Below, piece after piece: positions 45,308 to 56,445 of a stretch of DNA of 64,000 nt (positions within the stretch are counted from its first letter, which is position 1; each line of letters opens with the position of its first letter). The position numbers were made by a program, and so were the translations under genes. The stretch comes from TPA_inf: Saccharomyces. Taxonomy: Eukaryota. The notes beneath the pieces were generated by a model, which did no database searches, had not been told where the DNA came from, and worked only from the letters and a program-made list of their open reading frames with translations. The stretch lies in the NCBI GenBank assembly GCA_000146045.2, contig BK006947.3, forward strand, positions 1 to 64,000, written 5' to 3'.

Positions 45308-48022
45308 TCATATTTGGCTTCTTGCTTCCACTAGCCTATCCCAACCAGGAGAGTCATCCCATCTGCCTTTGCCTTTACTCATTAGAGCTTTGATAGTAGA
45401 TCTACATTTGTATTTCCAGTCTTTGCAAACCAGACTGCCTGGCCCATATTTACCTTCCATTTCACCAAGTGATTCATAGGCAGCCACCAAATCTTCACAA
45501 GCATCCACTGTATCATTCCAAACCTTTTCTTCAACTTCTAAATCAGGATTGTGAGAAATGGCCCTATAAGCCTTCTCGTGGCATTCTAGGGCGGCCCATG
45601 GTCTCTTCCTCCAAAGTTCTACTCTTGCGACCAGTCGCCAACATCTTGCACTGGTTGTAATTACCTGAGGTAAAGTGTTACAGATAAACTCAGTACAGCT
45701 CTTTTGAAAATAAGATAATTGCTGCGGCTCCTCTGGATATTCACTAGTCACTAATAGTTCTACTAGTTTTTCAATAATTGGTAAGTCGATGGAACCTTCG
45801 CCAGATTTGTCCCTCCTAATACTGACTAATTGTTTACATGCAGTTAAGACATCCTCCCACTCATTCAACTTAACAGCAACAAGCATGTAATTCTCCCAAA
45901 TTTTCCAGTTCTTTTGAGCGTCACATGAAATGGCTCTTTTCAAACAACTATAAGCTTCTTTCAATTTATCCATTTTCGTATATGCAGCGCTCAAATTTGA
46001 CCATGAAAGAGCATGATAAGGGTCTAATGAAACACATCTGGTAAATGCCTCCGCAGCTATCTGCATTTTACCACATTGTAATCCAACGCAACCATAAAAA
46101 TACCACGTTTCAAAGCTTAATGGGTATTGCCTTAACGAGTCATTTAAATGTTTCAAGGTAGCAGAGTAATTTGGTTGTGCTCCAGACTTTGGAGGAGGAT
46201 TAAAGTAATACTTTGCAAGGGAATTTTTTGCGTTGACGTATTTTCCAATCTCCCAACTTTTTTCCCATAGGGATGGATCCTGTTTTATATCACCCAAAAT
46301 GGAGTAAGCCCTGGCATCCGAATCATTTTCATTTATTCTTTGAAGAAGGATTTCTTCTGCCTTTTTTTCATCTCCAACAGCGGCATAACATAATGCAGTC
46401 TCGCATGCCATACCAAGTCTTTCATAAATTTCCACAGCGGACTTCAAAATACCCAGCGACATATATTTTTCAGCTAAGGTGGCATCCAATTGCCACCTAG
46501 GGATGAACGGCAGCTGGTGGATGTATGACAGCCTGCTAGCAACATTGATTTCGCTTGAACTTGGAACCAATTTACTCTTAATCTTCAAATCCAATTCTTC
46601 TACGAGGGATTGCATTTGTAAAAGTCCTCTTTCAATAGTTTTAGCCTTTGTTGTCTCAATAATTGACCTTTCCCATAATGATCGGGCGAAAATAGACCAA
46701 TTTTTGTCACCGTTTTGATATAATATTCTAGAAAGCAAAGCAGTAAGTTCTTCTTCCACAAGAGGATCCTTGGCCGGAGTTGTGTTCTTTATGGTGTAAA
46801 GACGTAACAGCAACTGGATGTTGTCGTAATCAGATAGGGTAGGTTGATCGTTAGGGTTCAAATCCAGCAACAACTTTGGAATATTTTCTTGACGTAGTGC
46901 CAATGGCAATAGTTTATCTTCTTCATAACCTTCATTTAGGTCTACCTTTTGTCTTTTACTATAAATTTGCTCGTCTAGAGGTTCATCAGCAATGGACTCA
47001 AAATGAGGCTTCTCCAATAATAGATCGGACTCTAAAGCAAATGTTTCTGGTGTAGCAGATGTCGTTCTCAAAGCAAAATTTTGAAATGTGAAGGATTTGG
47101 CAAGAATGATCAAACCGGCATGAGCCTTTTGCTGATATTTAGTTCTAGTAGCGCGTGCACCCGTCATTACAAATTCAAAATTTGTTATCTTTTTCGCTCT
47201 GGTCAAGGATGGCAGGCACAAATGTTCTGTGTTGATGGCCAATGAACATTTGACATTCTCTAGATAGTACATTGCACAAAGTTCTCTTTTGAAATCTTCG
47301 TGAATACTCTCCGGTAATTCCTTAGTTATCGCATATGCAAGGTCAGCAGACTGATATATTGCAGATGCAACACTAGCTTGGAACCCAGAAGGTTCTGGAA
47401 TCAGTGACAATTGCGTCAAAAGAGCTCTTGCCCACCACCAATAAGCTACAGCTAATAATCCAGGAGTAGACTCAGCAGAGATAATAGGTAGCGGAATTTC
47501 TTGATCCGGGGTAACATCAAATAAGCTTTTTTGGCCGGTTATCCTTTCAAGTAATAATAGTGATAAAACCAAATACAATGGATCATCCATAAATTCGTAG
47601 GCAGGCTGGCCCATAATGGCTAATGAGCGGGAAAGGGCTGTATTAACTGCTCCTATTTCAATTCCAGTTTTGCCAAACAAACCTGAGATTGCTTTCAACC
47701 TAGCTGCTGGGCCGGTGTAGTTATTTTGAATAAAGGTCTGTAAGAGGGCAATAGCCAAAAATAGCATCTCATTTTCTTGGCCCATTTTGAAAACCTCAAC
47801 GTTAAGAAAGTCATTTAGAGCAGCAATAACACTAGATGTGGATATTTCTCCCGAAATACTAATTTTTCCCTTAAATTTGTCCACAAATTGCTGTACTAGC
47901 TGGTATGATTCACCACTGATGATATGTTCAGCCTTTTTCACATATGTCTGGTCGAAAGAACCACTTTTCAGAGATTCTACTTCTGCAGACAGCAATAATT
48001 TTGCATGCAATAACGTCTCCAT
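45308..48022 (-). CDS. EMW1: TPR-repeat essential protein EMW1 (YNL313C), 904 aa
   Basis: It has multiple TPR-like repeats in the C-terminal half. Confidence 0.9.
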   Translation of the reverse strand: METLLHAKLLLSAEVESLKSGSFDQTYVKKAEHIISGESYQLVQQFVDKFKGKISISGEISTSSVIAALNDFLNVEVFKMGQENEMLFLAIALLQTFIQNNYTGPAARLKAISGLFGKTGIEIGAVNTALSRSLAIMGQPAYEFMDDPLYLVLSLLLLERITGQKSLFDVTPDQEIPLPIISAESTPGLLAVAYWWWARALLTQLSLIPEPSGFQASVASAIYQSADLAYAITKELPESIHEDFKRELCAMYYLENVKCSLAINTEHLCLPSLTRAKKITNFEFVMTGARATRTKYQQKAHAGLIILAKSFTFQNFALRTTSATPETFALESDLLLEKPHFESIADEPLDEQIYSKRQKVDLNEGYEEDKLLPLALRQENIPKLLLDLNPNDQPTLSDYDNIQLLLRLYTIKNTTPAKDPLVEEELTALLSRILYQNGDKNWSIFARSLWERSIIETTKAKTIERGLLQMQSLVEELDLKIKSKLVPSSSEINVASRLSYIHQLPFIPRWQLDATLAEKYMSLGILKSAVEIYERLGMACETALCYAAVGDEKKAEEILLQRINENDSDARAYSILGDIKQDPSLWEKSWEIGKYVNAKNSLAKYYFNPPPKSGAQPNYSATLKHLNDSLRQYPLSFETWYFYGCVGLQCGKMQIAAEAFTRCVSLDPYHALSWSNLSAAYTKMDKLKEAYSCLKRAISCDAQKNWKIWENYMLVAVKLNEWEDVLTACKQLVSIRRDKSGEGSIDLPIIEKLVELLVTSEYPEEPQQLSYFQKSCTEFICNTLPQVITTSARCWRLVARVELWRKRPWAALECHEKAYRAISHNPDLEVEEKVWNDTVDACEDLVAAYESLGEMEGKYGPGSLVCKDWKYKCRSTIKALMSKGKGRWDDSPGWDRLVEARSQI

Positions 48023-48286
48023 AATTTTGCAACCACTAGTTTACTTTTTGCCTGGTCTGATAGCTTCTTTTTAGCAATTCCTTTGGCCTCGATGAGCTTC
48101 CATTTTCAATTTTCATCTTTTTTTTCACGATGCGAAGTTTCTTAGATAATTATCGCCATATACGAAACGCGTTAGGAAACGCGTTCTTTCCTTTATAATA
48201 AGCAATATTATATCAACTTAAGGTGGAAGTAATGTGGCAAAATCGATAGCGACTATCTAGAACAGGCTAGTTTAAGCATATACATA

Positions 48287-49216
48287 ATGGCAAGTATGTA
48301 TTAGTGCTAGGAATTGGAGGATTTGCTCTTTTCTGCATCATTTTTTTTATTTTTATTGGCGAATGTTAAAATTACTAACAATGGATGGGATTCCAATACA
48401 GCCTATCAACCATATAACGAATATTCATCAGTAACGGGCGGTGGCTTTGAGAACTCTGAGTCCCGCCCAGGTAGTGGGGAGTCGGAAACTAACACTAGAG
48501 TTAACACCTTGACACCTGTGACGATCAAACAAATTCTAGAGTCCAAACAGGATATTCAGGACGGCCCCTTCGTTTCGCATAACCAAGAACTTCATCACGT
48601 TTGTTTTGTAGGTGTGGTGAGAAACATTACAGACCATACTGCAAATATTTTTTTAACTATTGAGGATGGAACTGGTCAAATAGAAGTGAGAAAATGGAGC
48701 GAAGATGCAAATGACTTGGCTGCCGGTAACGATGACTCTTCTGGTAAAGGTTATGGTTCGCAAGTCGCCCAACAATTTGAAATTGGCGGTTACGTAAAAG
48801 TTTTTGGTGCTTTGAAAGAGTTTGGTGGTAAGAAAAATATACAGTATGCGGTGATTAAGCCCATAGATTCATTCAATGAAGTGTTGACGCATCACTTGGA
48901 AGTCATCAAATGTCATTCCATAGCCAGTGGAATGATGAAACAACCTTTGGAGAGTGCATCCAACAACAATGGGCAATCATTATTTGTCAAGGATGATAAC
49001 GATACATCTTCCGGCTCCAGTCCGTTACAAAGAATTCTAGAATTTTGTAAGAAGCAATGTGAGGGCAAAGACGCTAATTCATTCGCTGTTCCCATTCCAT
49101 TGATCTCGCAATCCTTGAATTTGGATGAAACTACCGTCAGAAACTGCTGTACGACCTTGACTGACCAGGGTTTTATCTACCCAACTTTTGATGACAATAA
49201 CTTCTTTGCCCTATGA
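48287..49216 (+). CDS. RFA2: Replication protein A 32-kDa subunit RFA2 (YNL312W), a spliced gene, 273 aa
   Basis: Exon 1 is 48287..48293 (ATGGCAA, only 7 nt). The intron is 48294..48401, with GTATGT, TACTAAC at 48373-48379 and 3'SS CAG. Exon 2 is 48402..49216. The spliced protein starts MATYQPYNEYSSVTGGGFENSESRPG. Confidence 0.95.
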
Positions 49217-49396
49217 AAATATATAGATTATTTTTTTAGCATTTCTTAGTATTCGTTTGTGTATTTCTACTAGGTAAGTACCAAAATTTGCCGGAAATAG
49301 AGTGGAAAATGGAACCCGTTCCAAGAAGGGGTAAGATGCATGAATATTAAGTTGGTTGCATAAATATGCTATATAAAGTCCACTACAAAAAGTCAT

Positions 49397-51688
49397 TTAT
49401 TTTTGCCCGTAAGAATAAAGAACGAATCCGTCCTTATCTCTGACTTCAATGGGAACATTTACACGCAGTACGGGCTTCAATAATAGTTCCCAGTCGTATC
49501 TGGTTCTAGGTGTACATAATGAAAAATGTCTCAGCATTCTTATTTTGACAGCTTTGAATTTTGACAAATTTCTCAGGAAACACCAGAGGTTAATATTTGG
49601 AATATCTTTAAAATTCTCTGGATCTTGGAAATCATTGAAAAAATTTTCCAATGTCACATTTTGTAAGAACTCCTCCACATCTAAATCTCTATATTCGATG
49701 GTTCGGTTCTTCAATTTGATTAAACTATCTCTTAGGCAACGCCTTACAGAGTTGTTCCAATAGTAAGTGTGGTGAATGTCTGATTCAGGGCTCATTACTG
49801 TACTTAAATTTGGAACTGCATTAGCATTTGGTATGTTATCTCTTATGGAATTATTTTCGTAACCGATTAATGTTTCTTGATCGTTCTCGTCGCCAACATC
49901 CTCATCTGTCTCATCAACACTAGTAATTGTTCTTGCTAGATGTTCCCAAAACGATAGAGGGGATAAAGGATACACATTGGTAAAGGGGATATTGATTACG
50001 TTAATAGAAATATTTTTACTTGGAAGTCTCTCCCAAAGTAAGCGGTAATAATGGTAGAAAGAATGAAATTCAGGGATTCTTTGTCGTTGAAAATTTTGTA
50101 GCTGTGCCGCAGTTAACATGGCGGGCTTTTTGTTATTGTCTGGTGATGGGTTATTTGAAACATCATTTCCTGTAGTTCTAGAAATATAGTTCAGATTTAA
50201 GGACAATACAACTGAAGATGTCGGCGGAGGAGTAATTATCTTCGAATCTGATGGCGCTTCAAATAATGTTTCTGTCATGGAATTGCAGTCATCAAAATCA
50301 TCTTCTGTATCCAAACTTCGCTGTTGGAAATAATATGATTCGCCGACTACCTGTTCGTTAGTGAAACATTTGCTATTACAATCAATTGTTAGATTGGATA
50401 ACGATGGGAAACAACTGCATAACAATAAGTCGAATTTACTGTTAATCTTCAGTAAGGATAGATGTTTGACCATTTTAAAGTAAGAGTGAAACAAACGTAA
50501 TATTCCATTTCCAGGAACTACATCACATGAATCTAAAGTAAGTGCAGTGATAGGAGACTGTAAACTGTACAGTTCATTATCTTCGTTCTTTAGAAATAGT
50601 GGTAAGAATTCCATTGGAGTATCTAGCGATTCGGTGTCTATCGTTACATTTTCTAGTTTAAGTTCATTAATTATGCCGAAACAGCAGAATAAACTCGGTC
50701 TTAGTACGAGCTTTTGGTGATGGCGTTGACGATTAAAGGTTCTTTGTCTTTTATTATTAGCTTTGATTTCCAGTATTTTCAACCTTGGCAGAGAATAATA
50801 CTTGGATTCGTATTCTTTGACAAATTTTTTGGATAGTTGGAAAGTCCTCAAATCTTCGTTTGTGATGGATTGCTGGCCCTTGATTATTTTCTTGAAAAAA
50901 TCTCTAGATCCATCGTTGAATACAGAGTACCATAAAGGAATTTTAAAATTCGGTTCCACATCACTCAGAATCACTCTGGTCAGGTTCGGTAGATAGTCTA
51001 TAATATCAAGCATTAGCTCAATATAAGTATAATGGAAGTAGTTGCTTTCCAATTTATCAAGCAGTTTGATTCGTTCTGAAGTTATGATGGGAGTCTCATC
51101 GTTTAGTCTGATGTTATTCAGTTTTTTTACGTCTTTATCATACGAATCGAGTTTATAAGATCCAGCAATAATAGAATCTTGGCCACTCTTATTATAGAAC
51201 TTACTGTATTTTAACAACGAGTCTTGGGACTGAGGATTTTTGAATTCGATGGATCTTACGAGGAACCTTGCATTTTGTGATCTAGATTGTGTGCTACAAT
51301 CACCGCTGTGTGTGACAATGTTCGACGTGTGGAACTCGGAGTGTATCAAAGCATTGAACTTTAACAACGAAAGTTTTGAGTCCAAAATAACGTTTTGGAA
51401 AAGGAACTCATTCGTAATCAAATTGTAGAACCTCGAATTGACTTGGCATAGTGTTACTAATGTATTGAAGTCCAAAGTTCGCAGTATTAACAGTAGAACT
51501 TTTGTTGGCAAACACATGAGGGACGATTTATCGTTGAAGCGTAGTGATCTCGATTTGATATCATGGCTCGTACTATGTAGAAGGCTTTTGGCATCAGCAC
51601 AGCCCTCTTCCTCTTCTTCTTCCTCCTTCGCAGCACTGGAGACCAGCGAGAAATATTTTGATCTACCAAACAATTGCAACCGTTTCAT
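49397..51688 (-). CDS. SKP2: F-box protein SKP2 (YNL311C), 763 aa
   Basis: It has a poly-Glu run, an F-box (LPTKVLLLILRTLDFNTLVTLCQVNSRFYNLI) and LRR-like repeats. Confidence 0.9.
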   Translation of the reverse strand: MKRLQLFGRSKYFSLVSSAAKEEEEEEEGCADAKSLLHSTSHDIKSRSLRFNDKSSLMCLPTKVLLLILRTLDFNTLVTLCQVNSRFYNLITNEFLFQNVILDSKLSLLKFNALIHSEFHTSNIVTHSGDCSTQSRSQNARFLVRSIEFKNPQSQDSLLKYSKFYNKSGQDSIIAGSYKLDSYDKDVKKLNNIRLNDETPIITSERIKLLDKLESNYFHYTYIELMLDIIDYLPNLTRVILSDVEPNFKIPLWYSVFNDGSRDFFKKIIKGQQSITNEDLRTFQLSKKFVKEYESKYYSLPRLKILEIKANNKRQRTFNRQRHHQKLVLRPSLFCCFGIINELKLENVTIDTESLDTPMEFLPLFLKNEDNELYSLQSPITALTLDSCDVVPGNGILRLFHSYFKMVKHLSLLKINSKFDLLLCSCFPSLSNLTIDCNSKCFTNEQVVGESYYFQQRSLDTEDDFDDCNSMTETLFEAPSDSKIITPPPTSSVVLSLNLNYISRTTGNDVSNNPSPDNNKKPAMLTAAQLQNFQRQRIPEFHSFYHYYRLLWERLPSKNISINVINIPFTNVYPLSPLSFWEHLARTITSVDETDEDVGDENDQETLIGYENNSIRDNIPNANAVPNLSTVMSPESDIHHTYYWNNSVRRCLRDSLIKLKNRTIEYRDLDVEEFLQNVTLENFFNDFQDPENFKDIPNINLWCFLRNLSKFKAVKIRMLRHFSLCTPRTRYDWELLLKPVLRVNVPIEVRDKDGFVLYSYGQK

Positions 51689-51906
51689 GATTCGGTTGGT
51701 TTGAACGTTTGAAAATGCGGTTCAACTTTTCATATCTAGCAGTGGCTCATCTTTATGTACTCTAGTCCTAAATCTTCTGCTGGTTATCGCAAAAAAATAT
51801 GTGATGTGCGGGTTTTTGGCAGTAATCATGACTCAGTCTCTGGAAAAACGTGCTATTTAACGGTTATATATCTATCTATGTACATGCCTGTGCATGAGCT
51901 CTTCAT

Positions 51907-52431
51907 TCATTTCTGGGAAGGGTGAGGGAGCTGGGATGCATTTTCTGAGTTGTTCTTGGCATATTTTCCCAGGACGTCCTTTAGCGAATCTGGGATGTCT
52001 TCAAACTCCAAGTCGCCCACGTCTTGGCTAACTTGTTCTCCGTTAGCTTTCATTAACTGTTCCACGGTAACATGATGATCATGGAATATTTTCAGATGGT
52101 CTGCTATCAAATGTCTCACTTTGCAGTGCGGACAAGAGATCAAGACAGTACCTTTCTCGTACGCCTGCTTGGACATTGTGTGTGAAGATCGGGTGTTACA
52201 TTTCTTGCAGGTGAAAGCTATCATCATCTTAGGCTTGTCTACCTTAAAAGACCCCAAATGAACCTTCTTATCGTCCTTTTTCACTTCATTATGTGCGATG
52301 ATATTGGTATGCAACGCTGCTGCGGGTAGAGTACGGCACACGTTGTAGCGTACGCGAGGCGCCCAACATCTGGCAAAGTACCTGGTAATTGGTATTTTAC
52401 TTTGCAGTAGTGTTCTAGTCCTCGGAATCAT
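51907..52431 (-). CDS. ZIM17: Mitochondrial zinc-ribbon Hsp70 escort protein ZIM17/HEP1 (YNL310C); 174 aa from ATG 52431, or 205 aa from the upstream in-frame ATG 52524
   Basis: It has a DNL zinc finger (CKKCNTRSS...CPHCKVRH). The second Met is followed by a textbook presequence ([23 protein letters not shown]). I cannot resolve which start is used. Confidence 0.75.
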
Positions 52432-52661
52432 GTTCAGTCTCTTGATATTCCAGTTGCACCGGTGCTGCTTTAGTATCGCTGATCCCTTGAAGCCAACATG
52501 ACGCTCTTTCACCTTTCCTCTCATAATTTTGATATCACGCGAAAATGCAAGAAAAAAAAATTACAATTATGAAGTGCAGAAGGAACCAAAAATATCATCG
52601 AAAGAAGGAGTACGTAGAGCGTTACTATTTTCAATCAGTGTTCCCATTGTGCATACAAGAA

Positions 52662-53924
52662 ATGTCTCAACCCCAGATGTCCCCTGAAAAAGAGCAAGAA
52701 TTGGCCTCCAAGATTTTGCATAGAGCTGAGTTGGCTCAGATGACGCGTCAATTAAAGCTTGGTTTAAGTAATGTCCCATCAACAAAACGAAAACAGGACT
52801 CTACAACAAAGAAAAGAAGCGGAGAGGATGCCGAAGATGTTGATGAGGACCACAAAACTCTTTTGGAAGCCATATCGCCTGCGAAAAAGCCTCTCCACGA
52901 TGATACAAATAAAATGACTGTTATATCGCCCGTAAAATTTGTAGAGAAGCCAAATACTCCCCCAAGTTCACGCCAACGAAAAGCCGAAGACCGCTCACAG
53001 CAGATCAAGCCTAGGAAGGAGGACACTCCATCTACTCCGAGGGCTTCTGCTACACCTATAATCTTACCACACGCTTCGTCACACTACCAGCGCCCCCATG
53101 ATAAGAATTTCATGACGCCAAAACGTAATAATAACAACAGCAGTAACCATAGCAATAACAATAATAATATCAAGAAGAAGGCAGCAGGCTCTAAGGATGC
53201 TCCACAGGACAGCGACAACACTGCGGGCGCTGATCTCTTAATGTATTTAGCCACAAGTCCATATAATAAGTCATCACATCATGGAACACCGATGGCCGTA
53301 AGGATGCCCACTACTCCACGCTCTTATCATTACGCGTCGCAATTGAGTTTGAACGGTAATACAGCAAGCACATCAAACGATGCAGTAAGATTCTCTCATA
53401 TCAAACCTTCAGCGTCTTCTCCGCAGTCCACTTTCAAATCTAATCTGTTACCGAATTTTCCGGACGAATCTCTCATGGATTCTCCATCACTATACTTGAG
53501 CAATAATAACGGTAGTGTCCAGGCGACACTATCGCCACAGCAGAGAAGAAAGCCCACCACAAACACATTGCATCCACCTAGTAACGTACCTACCACGCCT
53601 TCAAGAGAATTGAACGGTACCAATTTTAACTTACTCAGGACGCCCAACTTCAACATGGGAGACTATCTGCATAATCTTTTCAGCCCTTCACCAAGGGTCC
53701 CCGCCCAGCAGGGAGCGTCAAACACGTCAGCTTCAATTCCTTCTGTTCCAGCGATGGTGCCCGGATCATCTTCCAACACTTCTGCGATAGCAACAGCTGC
53801 TATATCAAGCCACACCACAAACAATTTTCTAGATATGAACGCAAACGGGATCCCGCTCATTGTAGGACCCGGCACCGACCGTATAGGCGAAGGGGAGTCC
53901 ATTGATGACAAACTCACTGATTGA
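52662..53924 (+). CDS. STB1: Swi6-binding G1/S regulator STB1 (YNL309W), 420 aa
   Basis: ATG at 52662 (MSQPQMSPEKEQELASKILHRAEL...), with many S/TP Cdk sites. The track ORF starts 39 codons upstream. Confidence 0.9.
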   Translation: MSQPQMSPEKEQELASKILHRAELAQMTRQLKLGLSNVPSTKRKQDSTTKKRSGEDAEDVDEDHKTLLEAISPAKKPLHDDTNKMTVISPVKFVEKPNTPPSSRQRKAEDRSQQIKPRKEDTPSTPRASATPIILPHASSHYQRPHDKNFMTPKRNNNNSSNHSNNNNNIKKKAAGSKDAPQDSDNTAGADLLMYLATSPYNKSSHHGTPMAVRMPTTPRSYHYASQLSLNGNTASTSNDAVRFSHIKPSASSPQSTFKSNLLPNFPDESLMDSPSLYLSNNNGSVQATLSPQQRRKPTTNTLHPPSNVPTTPSRELNGTNFNLLRTPNFNMGDYLHNLFSPSPRVPAQQGASNTSASIPSVPAMVPGSSSNTSAIATAAISSHTTNNFLDMNANGIPLIVGPGTDRIGEGESIDDKLTD

Positions 53925-54121
53925 TCGTTGACGGCCATATCAGTTGATGATTCCATACTTCCTGAAATGGACCACTCAAAGGGACAAAAATGACAAATGT
54001 TGAAATTATAAAATTACATATTAATACGTAAAATGACATTCTTTTTTAGGGAAATTCGGAGATAGATTATCACTATGTAAGCTTATGTATCGTAATATAC
54101 AGGGCCGATATTTCACCTAGT

Positions 54122-55897
54122 TTACTTTTTCTGGTGGCCTTTATGTTTATGACTGTGCCCCCTCTTGTGTTTGCTTTTAGAGGCTTTCTCTACAGGTATC
54201 AGTATGGTGTCCTCATCCTTCTCCCCTGCCTCTGCTTCGACTGGAGCTAACCCATTTTCGTTCTTAAAAGTTTTCTTCCTCCACTCTCTTAATCTTCTTG
54301 CCTTCATCACTTTCCTTTTATCCTTCGCTCTTAGTTCCTTGGAACGATAAGGTGCAAATTTCTTCAAACCAATAAATTCATTTAAATCAGTATCATCGGC
54401 GGCGAAAATCTCTCTTGCGGTCAAACCGAAACTCTCAGGAGAAACTTCACGGTAACGAAACTTCAAATCTTGCTCCTCTTTTGTACGGCTTCTACTCTTT
54501 CTTTCTTCTTCTTCTTTTTCAACCTCCTCTATTAGTGCTAGTTTGTTTTGTTCCAAAGCATTTTCCACTAATTCATTTACCTTTCTCTTTTCTTTCTTCT
54601 TTTGCAGTTTCTCTTCTTTCTTGCTCTTCTTTCTTTTTGGACCTTCTTCCTCGTCTTCTTCTTTTTGTTCTTTTTCCACTTCACCTTCTTCTGTTTGGTC
54701 ATCACCATCGGCGTCTGCATAAAAGTCACCCATTATTTCGTCATCCTCGTTCCAGGTAGGCTTTCCCTCTTGTTGATAAAATTCTTCATTAAATAATTCA
54801 GCTACCACGTTATCCCACTCTTCTTCTTTGAAATCGTTCTTCAATAGGGTGTCAGTGATTTTTTTCACCATGTCGGCATTAATTTCAGCACCATATTCCT
54901 TTGTTAGTTGCTCTAAAATGTCAGTCAATTTATTCAATTTTTTAGTCTTCTTTTTCTGAAGAGCTGTCTCCTTCTCTGCTTTTATTTGCTCTTTAATTTT
55001 TCTTTTTTCCTCTCTTTTTCTTCTGCGTGAAGAGTCATCGGATCTTCTTAGTGTAGCTTGACTACGTGCATAAGATATAATTTCAGCTGCGTTTGGGTCC
55101 TCGTACCTAAAATTGTAGGCATTCTCAAATTTTTCTGCAGCATCTTCAAATTCTTCATCGTCCTCTTCATTATTGTTGAGGTCAAGAGAAATCACCTTGT
55201 CCCCCTTCTTAGGAATCCAGGCCTGTTGATTCACAAATTCTTCCAAGAAATTTTCTTCATTTACGGTTGGATCCGGTAAATTTTTTCCTTCCTTCTTCGT
55301 AGAAGGTTCCTTTTTCTTCAAAAACCCATCGTCTTCATCTCCGCTAGACTCTTCATTTTCTTCATCGCTAAAGGCACTCTTGATTTCATTTAAAAGCTGA
55401 GTTTTCTCTTCACGTTGTTGCGAGACGAAAGATTGCTTTCCGTCAACAGTTGCATGTTCGTATTCTTCGTCATCCTCCTTTAAGGCATCACCAGAAAGTA
55501 TGTTCATACGGTGATAATCTTTTAGGTAAATAGGTTTATGCTTCCCCTCACGATTGGCCAGTTTGGCAGCAGCAGATTCGGGATCCTCGAAGAATTTGAC
55601 TTTAGGATCTAGTAGTTTGTCCGTCTTATTGTTTTTGATGGCATCTAGCACTTGATTAATACCGTTTTCCACTTCATCAGTAATCAATTCACCGTAATCA
55701 TCTTCCTCCTCTTCTTCCTCTTCGTCTTCTTCCTCATCTTCACTAGGAACGTACGATTTGCTTGCTTCGATTGCAGGCTTAACTGTCGTCGCAGAGGTTT
55801 CAGAAGTTTTTATGGTAGCAGTATCCGTTGCAGGTACGGCCGCTTCTTTTTTTGCTTGTTCTCTAGCTCTTTTAGCGGCAGACTTTTTTCTTGGCAT
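54122..55897 (-). CDS. KRI1: Nucleolar ribosome-biogenesis protein KRI1 (YNL308C), 591 aa
   Basis: It is highly charged K/E-rich low-complexity sequence with a poly-E/D run near the N-terminus. Confidence 0.9.
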   Translation of the reverse strand: MPRKKSAAKRAREQAKKEAAVPATDTATIKTSETSATTVKPAIEASKSYVPSEDEEEDEEEEEEEDDYGELITDEVENGINQVLDAIKNNKTDKLLDPKVKFFEDPESAAAKLANREGKHKPIYLKDYHRMNILSGDALKEDDEEYEHATVDGKQSFVSQQREEKTQLLNEIKSAFSDEENEESSGDEDDGFLKKKEPSTKKEGKNLPDPTVNEENFLEEFVNQQAWIPKKGDKVISLDLNNNEEDDEEFEDAAEKFENAYNFRYEDPNAAEIISYARSQATLRRSDDSSRRRKREEKRKIKEQIKAEKETALQKKKTKKLNKLTDILEQLTKEYGAEINADMVKKITDTLLKNDFKEEEWDNVVAELFNEEFYQQEGKPTWNEDDEIMGDFYADADGDDQTEEGEVEKEQKEEDEEEGPKRKKSKKEEKLQKKKEKRKVNELVENALEQNKLALIEEVEKEEEERKSRSRTKEEQDLKFRYREVSPESFGLTAREIFAADDTDLNEFIGLKKFAPYRSKELRAKDKRKVMKARRLREWRKKTFKNENGLAPVEAEAGEKDEDTILIPVEKASKSKHKRGHSHKHKGHQKK

Positions 55898-56445
55898 TGA
55901 ATTTAGGGTATATCACACTGTTGTTGAAAACTATGAGCATTTTGCTTTCTGAAGAAATGGTTCTGTTAACTAGATGAGATGAGATTGATATATTTGAAAA
56001 ATTTTAACCGATGACCTTGCGGCTCCTCCGGGTAATACTTTTTTCTCACATAAATATCAAAAAATAACGACGGTATTTCAATAATACTTTTATATAAGTA
56101 ATGATAACATGCGAGGCAATTTATTACAAGCCACGTAGGCCTAATTAAAATTATAAACTAACACTAAAGTAATAATAATATTTCAGATTAATAAAAGAAC
56201 AGGAAATAGGAAAGAGATAAAAAAAAATTAGGAACATAAAATAAAAAATAAAGAAGAAATTGAAGGAGTGACTGGATAAAAGAAGTGTATGATAATATCA
56301 AATGGAAATTTGAATATATTTTATTCCAAAAAATTTTTTTTCTTTTCCAAGTGAAATATAAACAGCGGATCAAAGGTGAAAAAAATCATAGTATTTTGTT
56401 CATTAAATTTTCCGAGGGGAAAGAGAACAAATTAATAGAAAATTA

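Noticed and set aside
54165-55900. Several plus-strand ORFs (54415-54759, 54602-54796, 55652-55900) within KRI1
   Set aside because: They are artefacts of GAA/AAG-rich codon usage of the K/E-rich KRI1, read on the opposite strand.
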